Shown: one piece after another, positions 57,810 to 64,000 of the stretch | How the letters are laid out: the number at the start of each line of letters is the position of its first letter | Numbering within the stretch: the stretch's first letter is position 1 | NCBI GenBank assembly: GCA_016711825.1 | Contig: JADJSG010000006.1 | Span: 717,232 to 781,231 of the forward strand | Origin: Bacteroidota bacterium | GTDB taxonomy: Bacteria; Bacteroidota; Bacteroidia; Chitinophagales; Chitinophagaceae | Direction of reading: 5' to 3' | DNA: 64,000 bases | The notes under the pieces: generated by a model | What the model was told of the DNA's origin: nothing | The model's database searches: none | What the model saw: only the letters and a program-made list of their open reading frames with translations | Position numbers and translations under genes: made by a program

Positions 57810-58601
57810 ATGAAAAATGCTTTTCCTATAAAATGTATCTACTTTGTATTGTTGATGATTTATCCATGTAGTGCGATTGCCCAAACGATACAACAAATGG
57901 AAGTCGTACTCAATCAACATTTAAAACGAATTGAACATTTTGCTTACTTATCACATCGAACAGATGAAACAGCCTATGATAGTTTAGTATTAGAAAATAT
58001 TTATTTTGAAGAAAAGCTACTTTTGTTTGCAAACAAAAATCCAGAAATACTTACCTATGAATTTCCTTTATTAAGAAATGAAAATTTTAATATAGCGACC
58101 TCGTCAGATAGAAAATTTCGCATTTTTTCCTGGGATTTACAAACAGGGGGCACCATGCATTTCTATGATAATGTATTTGTGTATGCACACAATAAAAAAA
58201 TAGTGGCCTATTCGCCCGAATTGCCCGAAGGCTCACCGGGTGGTTATTACAGCGATATCTATCAATTCAGGAATGATGAAAATGCCTTTTATTTAGCCTA
58301 TCAGCATCGAACGCTGTCGAATAGAGATTTGCATCAGGAATTTCAAATTTACTCATTTGAAAAAGATAGCTTAATAGAGAATCACAAAAAGATCTTGACA
58401 AAAGCAGGTTTTACCAGTAAGTTGGGATTCCCCTTTAACTTCTATTCAGTGGTGGATAAAAATGAACGACCTATTCGCCTGATCAAGTACAACAATGCTT
58501 TACAAACCATTACCCTCCCAGTGGTAACTGAAAATGGGGATGTAACAAAAAAGAAAATTGTTTATCAATACAATGGCCATTATTTCACAAAACAACAATA
58601 A
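57810..58601 (+). CDS. Secreted protein, unknown function
   Basis: Signal peptide ...CSAIA|Q. No motif recognised. Confidence 0.55.
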   Translation: MKNAFPIKCIYFVLLMIYPCSAIAQTIQQMEVVLNQHLKRIEHFAYLSHRTDETAYDSLVLENIYFEEKLLLFANKNPEILTYEFPLLRNENFNIATSSDRKFRIFSWDLQTGGTMHFYDNVFVYAHNKKIVAYSPELPEGSPGGYYSDIYQFRNDENAFYLAYQHRTLSNRDLHQEFQIYSFEKDSLIENHKKILTKAGFTSKLGFPFNFYSVVDKNERPIRLIKYNNALQTITLPVVTENGDVTKKKIVYQYNGHYFTKQQ

Positions 58602-58607
58602 ATTAAA

Positions 58608-58943
58608 ATGACAAATCGAATTCTTTTTTTCACCTGCCTGCTGTTCATATCATTTTTAAACCCCAATAATTTATTTGCCCAAAATACAGCTAGGGTTGAA
58701 GAAAAAGTCACTAAAATGACAGCACTTGTGCATTTAAATGCTGAGCAACAGAAACAATATAAAGCGTTGTTAATAAGGAATGAGCAGGAAAAAAATGCCT
58801 TATTAGAAAAAGTGAAAACGGTTTCTGCAGAAGAAAAAAAATCTATGCAGCAAGCCTTCAAAACCAATTATGAAAATCAACTTAGAAAAATACTAACAGT
58901 CGCTCAATTTAATCAACTCAAGAAGGCATCAAAAGATAAATAA
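58608..58943 (+). CDS. Small periplasmic helical protein with LTXXQ-type motifs (Spy/CpxP-like)
   Basis: Signal peptide ...NNLFA|Q. LNAEQ and LTVAQ motifs. Starts 6 nt after the preceding gene. Confidence 0.5.
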   Translation: MTNRILFFTCLLFISFLNPNNLFAQNTARVEEKVTKMTALVHLNAEQQKQYKALLIRNEQEKNALLEKVKTVSAEEKKSMQQAFKTNYENQLRKILTVAQFNQLKKASKDK

Positions 58944-59084
58944 AAACAATGCTGCTTAAGTATTAAACACATAGTAAATGATTGAATACTCAGGTACGAT
59001 AGTCGACTTAATTAATATTATTTCCCCCTCGCCTACGCTATCAATACAATAAATTGTATTTTTACCAATCAAATAATTACTTGA

Positions 59085-59957
59085 ATGACCAAATACTACT
59101 TCCTTTTACTGTTTATAGCTTGCACTTTTAGTATAAAAGCGCAAACAGATCCCCTCCTGCAGGCAGAAGTATTGACAGATACCATTCAAAAACGTCATAT
59201 GATTCCTTCTGGCCGAATGCAAATTTTAAATATGATTGATCGGCAATTGCAAAAAGCAGATGCTGCCGATGGCGTATACGACAAACTTATTGACCGTGAT
59301 GCAGATATAGATAAAACGGCTTTGCTGTCAAATGCCATATTTTCGAAAACAACGAAGACAATCGCCTATATCGAAAACAACGAAACGGATGATATGCTTA
59401 AAAGAAAATACTTAGGGCGTATTATCGAAAATTTAAAATTGTTTAATACAGATATCAATGACGGTATGGTAGACGAACGTTATTATGCTGAATTGTTTGA
59501 ACATACCTACCAGGTCATCAGAGGGCTGCACAATAAAAATGCCTCAAGCTATGTAAAATCACATGTGGGAAAAGCAATGTATGTATTGGCCCCACTTGTC
59601 GAAAACGACAATGAAGCAAGTGTGGCATTGATGGAAGGTATGGCGGAAGAGTTTCCGGAAATATTAATCAAAAGAGTTCGTTCAATCAATAATGTGTCTG
59701 CAGCCAACGCAGTGGTGTCAAAGGCTGCGCCAAAAAATCCTAAAATCATTTTAAACTATGCCACTTCCACCGCTGTTGAACGTGATATTGTACGCAGAAG
59801 TGAAGACCCGTATGTAAAAGCCATTATCCACATCGCCGATAGTGCACATATTCCCTTAAAAGCCATTTTTTTTATAGAGGAAATATATAAGCAAAAAATA
59901 ACATTGGCAGAGGTAAATAAAATTACAGATGATCAGGATGCCTATTTTAAAAAATGA
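59085..59957 (+). CDS. Secreted helical protein, unknown function
   Basis: Signal peptide ...FSIKA|Q. Its stop overlaps the next start (ATGA). Confidence 0.55.
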   Translation: MTKYYFLLLFIACTFSIKAQTDPLLQAEVLTDTIQKRHMIPSGRMQILNMIDRQLQKADAADGVYDKLIDRDADIDKTALLSNAIFSKTTKTIAYIENNETDDMLKRKYLGRIIENLKLFNTDINDGMVDERYYAELFEHTYQVIRGLHNKNASSYVKSHVGKAMYVLAPLVENDNEASVALMEGMAEEFPEILIKRVRSINNVSAANAVVSKAAPKNPKIILNYATSTAVERDIVRRSEDPYVKAIIHIADSAHIPLKAIFFIEEIYKQKITLAEVNKITDDQDAYFKK

Positions 59958-61246
59958 TAGAAATGCGTCAACAATATTTTACCACAGACTTACGCAAAAT
60001 CTATGATAAAGAACTCATCCACGAAGCATCGCGTTATGTGTCTACCATGAATGAGTTGCATAATGCCGGTGATGCTACCCGATTTAAAATTATTGATAAA
60101 AACACCGCCACCGAAATCTATTATATCATTGTGTATGGCAGCGACGACTTATATACGAGCAGTTTTTTAGGAAGCTTCAACCGAATGATGTCGCATATGA
60201 AACCCAAAACCGGTACTGAGTTTTTAGCAAGCATTGGCAAAGATAAATTTAGAACCTTCCTCCGACTTTGTGCCAATTACAATACCCTCAACACCTTTTT
60301 GGCTACTATGAAAGATAGTAACAAAAACGAACTAATGCGCGAGTTTGTAACCGGTTTGGATAATACCCTCGAAAAAGATTTGGAAGGTGCTACCGATGTG
60401 GCCAATTCCTTTGGTAGTATCACCGATAGCAACTTGATGAAAAATATTGTAGAGCAAATCAAAAGCAATAAAGAGGAAGCCGAAAAAACAAATAATACAA
60501 AAGGTTTTAATATCTATAATATTTTATATTCGATGCTCACCTTGAGCAATGATTCTCTTACCAGCAAATTTGGCATACCGCCTATTACCATCATGCCTTA
60601 TAATCAACTGACTGATGATAGTGGTGTAATTGTTCAACAGGTTTTCTTTTTTGGTGACAAAGATGGTCAAGGGGTCTTTCGTAGTTTCACCGGTGGCTTT
60701 GGCGCCCCTGACTGGAAGGTAAAAAAAGAAGCCCAATGGGTAAAAATAAGCTCAATCAGAGGCAAACGAATTGATATTTATTGCAATATTCCTTTTGATG
60801 AACCCGATGATGAAATGGCACAAAATGCCTTGCAGGCTTATTTAGATTCAAACAATATTAACCCTACCATCATTATTCACCGCGGTCATAGTTATCATTT
60901 ACCCCTCACCCTTGAGCATATCAATAGCCATCATAAAGTAGTGATACTAGGCGCTTGTGGTGCCTATCAAAATTTATCTACCGTACTAAGCCAGTCAGAA
61001 GATGCACAAATTGTATCGACCAAACAAATTGGGGCAGGCAAAATTAATGGACCTATCATCAGGGCATTCAACGATCGCCTCTTAGCGGGTAAAGACATTG
61101 ATTGGGTGCAAATGTGGGGTCAGCTTTCCAAACAATTTTCAGGTGGTGAAACCAAACAACTTTTTGATGATTATGTACCGCCCTATAAAAACCTCGGGGC
61201 TATCTTTTTAAAAGCCTATAGAAAATTGGGAAATACCGGGTTTTAA
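59954..61246 (+). CDS. Unknown protein with C-terminal alpha/beta domain carrying a His...Cys pair
   Basis: No signal peptide of its own. PTIIIHRGH (60878-60889) and KVVILGACGAY (Cys codon 60956-60958) each follow hydrophobic strands. Confidence 0.6.
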   Translation: MIEMRQQYFTTDLRKIYDKELIHEASRYVSTMNELHNAGDATRFKIIDKNTATEIYYIIVYGSDDLYTSSFLGSFNRMMSHMKPKTGTEFLASIGKDKFRTFLRLCANYNTLNTFLATMKDSNKNELMREFVTGLDNTLEKDLEGATDVANSFGSITDSNLMKNIVEQIKSNKEEAEKTNNTKGFNIYNILYSMLTLSNDSLTSKFGIPPITIMPYNQLTDDSGVIVQQVFFFGDKDGQGVFRSFTGGFGAPDWKVKKEAQWVKISSIRGKRIDIYCNIPFDEPDDEMAQNALQAYLDSNNINPTIIIHRGHSYHLPLTLEHINSHHKVVILGACGAYQNLSTVLSQSEDAQIVSTKQIGAGKINGPIIRAFNDRLLAGKDIDWVQMWGQLSKQFSGGETKQLFDDYVPPYKNLGAIFLKAYRKLGNTGF

Positions 61247-61298
61247 GCTTTTAAAACCATTAAGAAGAATCAATGAACGTCAACAAAACCCTCTGTCC

Positions 61299-62447
61299 TT
61301 AATAATCAATCACCTGCTCTTCAATGGATACAGGCAAGTCCCTAAAAGTATATTGTTGGGTTCTTAACTGTGGTGTAAAGCCTGCTTCTGCAATGGCGTC
61401 TTGAATACTTTTGTAGGTAAACCGATGTGGAGCTCCTGCGGCACTCACTACATTTTCTTCAAGCATGATACTGCCAAAATCGTTGGCACCCGCATATAAG
61501 CAGGTTTGTGCCAATGCCTTACCTACGGTGAGCCACGAAGCTTGTATGTTTTTGATATTGGGTAGCATGATACGGCTTAGGGCTATCATACGTATATACT
61601 CTTCGGCAGTGGTATCGTTTTTAGCACGTCGAATTTTTGCCAATAGGGTACCCACATCTTGAAAAGTCCATGGTATGAATGCTAAAAAGCCATTGGCATG
61701 GGGTGGTTTTTCGCTTTGTACTTGTCGTATGTCTACTAAATGTTGAAACCTTTCTTCCAGAGTTTCTACATGTCCAAACATCATCGTAGCCGAACTTGTA
61801 ATATCTAATTGATGGGCTGCACGCATCACATCAAGCCATTCCTGCGCTCCACATTTTCCTTTCGATACCAGTCGACGTACACGATCGTTGAGTATTTCAG
61901 CACCTGCACCGGGCAAGCTGTCCATACCTGCTTCTTTCAATGCTTTCAACACTTCGGTATGGGTACTTTTTTCGAGTTTGGTTATATGGGCTATTTCAGG
62001 GGGGCCTAAAGTATGTAATTTGATATTGGGGTACAGTGATTTGATTTGTTTGAAGATAGTGACATAAAAATCAAGCCCCAATTCAGGATGATGTCCTCCT
62101 TGTAAAAGCAACTGATCGCCTCCCCAACGGATGGTTTCTTCTATTTTTTGCTTATACGTTTCGATGTCAGTGATATAGGCTTCGGGATGACCAGGTACAC
62201 GATAAAAATTACAAAATTTACAATTGGCAATACACACATTGGTGGTATTCACATTACGATCTATTTGCCAAGTTACTTTACCATGAGGTACTTGCTGTTT
62301 GCGCAGTGTATTGGCTACATGCATGAGTTCTGCTAAGGGAGCTTTTTCAAACAAAAAAATACCTTCCTCTGCAGTCAGCCATTCAAAGTGATAAGCTTTT
62401 TGGTATAAATGGGCAAGTTGGGTTTGTGTGGATGTATCAGCCATCAA
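61299..62447 (-). CDS. Radical SAM enzyme of the futalosine menaquinone pathway (MqnC/MqnE, CofH-like family)
   Basis: CIANCKFCNFYR CxxxCxxC cluster motif after VTWQIDRNVNTTNV. 382 aa. I cannot separate MqnC from MqnE by eye. Confidence 0.75.
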   Translation of the reverse strand: MMADTSTQTQLAHLYQKAYHFEWLTAEEGIFLFEKAPLAELMHVANTLRKQQVPHGKVTWQIDRNVNTTNVCIANCKFCNFYRVPGHPEAYITDIETYKQKIEETIRWGGDQLLLQGGHHPELGLDFYVTIFKQIKSLYPNIKLHTLGPPEIAHITKLEKSTHTEVLKALKEAGMDSLPGAGAEILNDRVRRLVSKGKCGAQEWLDVMRAAHQLDITSSATMMFGHVETLEERFQHLVDIRQVQSEKPPHANGFLAFIPWTFQDVGTLLAKIRRAKNDTTAEEYIRMIALSRIMLPNIKNIQASWLTVGKALAQTCLYAGANDFGSIMLEENVVSAAGAPHRFTYKSIQDAIAEAGFTPQLRTQQYTFRDLPVSIEEQVIDY

Positions 62448-62479
62448 ATCTAAAGTTTATAAAGCAGCAATATAATGTT

Positions 62480-63022
62480 TTATTTGTCAAGTGCACTGAT
62501 GATCTCATCACTCATGGGTTCTATACCAGGTGCAAATACATCAATGAGTTGTCCTTTTTCATCAATAAGGTATTTTTGAAAATTCCATTTTACATTATTG
62601 TCGCTATGGTTATTGTATTTTTTTTGGGTAAGCCAAACATATAAGGGGTGTATATTTTTACCTTTCACATCTATTTTTGCGGCCATCGGAAAAGTTACCC
62701 CGTAGTTTTTTTGACAAAATGATTTGATTTCTTCATTATTACCAGGTTCTTGGTATAAAAAGTTATTGGCCGGAAATCCAATCACTACAAGCTTTCCTTT
62801 ATTGGCTTCGTACAATTTTTCCAATCCTTCATATTGTGAGGTATAACCACATTTAGAAGCTGTATTGACAATCAATATTTTTTTGCCTTTGTAGGCCGCC
62901 AAATCGATTTCACCGCCATCTAAGCCAGCTACTTTAAAATCGTAAATAGATTTGATTTGTGCATCTAAAGTTTTAGGTGCTAATAAAAATGAAAAGAGTC
63001 CGAGCATAATGAAGTATTTCAT
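62480..63022 (-). CDS. Glutathione peroxidase (Cys type), secreted
   Basis: NTASKCGYT active-site Cys, FPANNF and WNFQKYLI motifs. Signal peptide ...TLDA|Q. Confidence 0.88.
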   Translation of the reverse strand: MKYFIMLGLFSFLLAPKTLDAQIKSIYDFKVAGLDGGEIDLAAYKGKKILIVNTASKCGYTSQYEGLEKLYEANKGKLVVIGFPANNFLYQEPGNNEEIKSFCQKNYGVTFPMAAKIDVKGKNIHPLYVWLTQKKYNNHSDNNVKWNFQKYLIDEKGQLIDVFAPGIEPMSDEIISALDK

Positions 63023-63153
63023 GAGTTAAATAAATTTTATTAATTTGAATAGGCAAATATACCCATACTAAATGGAATGACTCTATAGAGATTTAAAATG
63101 TACTATACATGAACGCTTTGCTAAACAAAGGGGACTTAAATCACCATGATGCC

Positions 63154-63188
63154 TTGAACACAGATTTCAACTGCAAATCTGTGTTCAA
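63154..63188. repeat. Perfect 14-bp-stem palindrome in a divergent intergenic region
   Basis: TTGAACACAGATTT-caactgc-AAATCTGTGTTCAA. Confidence 0.85.
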
Positions 63189-63275
63189 ACCATAACATTC
63201 CTTTTCAATCGCAAATGGGTTTCTTAAATATCAATTATAGTTGGTATAAATAAAACAGCAAACAAGCAAATACAC

Positions 63276-63283
63276 TATTTTTG
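63276..63283 (+). promoter_or_regulatory. Candidate -7 box (TATTTTTG) abutting the start codon
   Basis: TAnnTTTG match ending 7 nt before the ATG at 63290. Confidence 0.3.
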
Positions 63284-63289
63284 TGCATT

Positions 63290-64000
63290 ATGAATAAAAA
63301 CATTCTTTATTTATTGGCACTTGTACTTTTAGCAGCCCTTACCTATTATTTTGTATTCAGAGAAGAAGGAGAAGTTTTTGATAAAAAAGAAGCAAATTTT
63401 ACGGTGCAGGATACAGCAGCTGTAAAGACCATTTTTTTATCAAATTTGCAAAATGAAAATATCAAACTTCAAAAAGAAAATGGGGTGTGGACCCTCAATG
63501 ATTCTATGGTTCCCCGACCAGATGCAGTGATCGCATTACTCAATGTGCTGCATCAACAAAAACCCGAACAGCCTGTATCTGTTGCTTACCACGACGAGGT
63601 CATCAAGGAGTTAAGTACACATCATACAAAGGTAGAAGTTTATACAGAGGCAGGCAAAACTCATACTTTTTATGTAGGTAGAAATCCGGGTCCCAACAAC
63701 GAAACGTATATGCTAAATGAGCAGGCCAAACGACCTTACCTGGTAAAAATTCCTTTACAGGAACTATTTGTTGGGGTGCGTTACTTTACCAAAATAAGTG
63801 AATGGCGAAATAAAAAAATTCTTTATGCAGCAGCACCCATCGAAAAAGTGTCGGTGGTATATAAAGATTCCACCCAGTTTTCGTATCAATTGCTACATGA
63901 TGCATCTACACTCACGCTTACAGGTAGTTATACCATCGAAAAACCCCTCAACCAGCAAAGGGTTTATGACTATTTAAAGCTTCTGGACAATATATATTGT
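63290..64000 (+). CDS. DUF4340-like membrane-anchored protein, 3'-partial
   Basis: The ATG at 63290 opens a frame that I translated by hand to the window end without a stop (237 codons). N-terminal anchor ILYLLALVLLAALTYYFVF. It is not in the ORF track because no stop is reached. Confidence 0.55.
   Translation, partial: MNKNILYLLALVLLAALTYYFVFREEGEVFDKKEANFTVQDTAAVKTIFLSNLQNENIKLQKENGVWTLNDSMVPRPDAVIALLNVLHQQKPEQPVSVAYHDEVIKELSTHHTKVEVYTEAGKTHTFYVGRNPGPNNETYMLNEQAKRPYLVKIPLQELFVGVRYFTKISEWRNKKILYAAAPIEKVSVVYKDSTQFSYQLLHDASTLTLTGSYTIEKPLNQQRVYDYLKLLDNIYC

Noticed and set aside
59949-59957. Programmed -1 ribosomal frameshift on the A6 run joining 59085-59957 to 59954-61246.
   Set aside because: The context T-AAA-AAA-TGA is not a canonical X-XXY-YYZ heptamer and I see no downstream stem-loop or upstream SD-like stimulator. 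An ATGA overlap (coupling) or a simple indel is the more economical explanation. It is kept only as a note in the finding.

Overview
This is 64 kb of an AT-rich Bacteroidota-type chromosome. The assignment rests on nine ORFs or ORF remnants ending in type-A T9SS C-terminal sorting domains (xxPNPxxxxxxI...G.Y...), TAnnTTTG -7 promoter boxes instead of Shine-Dalgarno leaders, and signal peptides that mostly end in A|Q. About 80% of the window is ordinary housekeeping: gcvH, ltaE, mnmG, glnS, xth, rsmE, nadA, fumC, serC, pabCBA, prfA, a futalosine-type radical SAM enzyme and a glutathione peroxidase. These are interleaved with envelope and secreted proteins: an M49 peptidase, a CotH kinase with lamin-tail domains, a 2058-aa alpha-2-macroglobulin, T9SS cargo carrying CxxC domains, an Omp28-like lipoprotein with a large barrel, and a glutaminyl-cyclase-like M28 lipoprotein. 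There are no rRNA or tRNA genes, no CRISPR array and no intact transposase. The accessory-looking part is 44.4-45.1 kb plus 51.6-61.3 kb. It contains: (1) a RelE/ParE toxin-antitoxin cassette bracketed by a duplicated 35-bp terminator; (2) a GxxExxY gene on a 571-bp cassette with about 44-bp terminal inverted repeats built from GAAC..CAGAT units, with related repeats at 14.8, 25.6 and 63.2 kb; (3) decayed T9SS cargo genes; (4) a GC-rich lipoprotein gene next to a relic of a DDE transposase; (5) five uncharacterised secreted-protein genes. The last two of those genes overlap, and the second ends in a domain with a caspase/gingipain-like His...Cys arrangement. I found no recognisable complete defence system. 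The two most novel candidates are the 59.1-61.2 kb gene pair and the GAAC..CAGAT repeat/GxxExxY cassette family. All family names come from motif recognition by eye, with no database search, and coordinates of non-ORF features are hand-counted.
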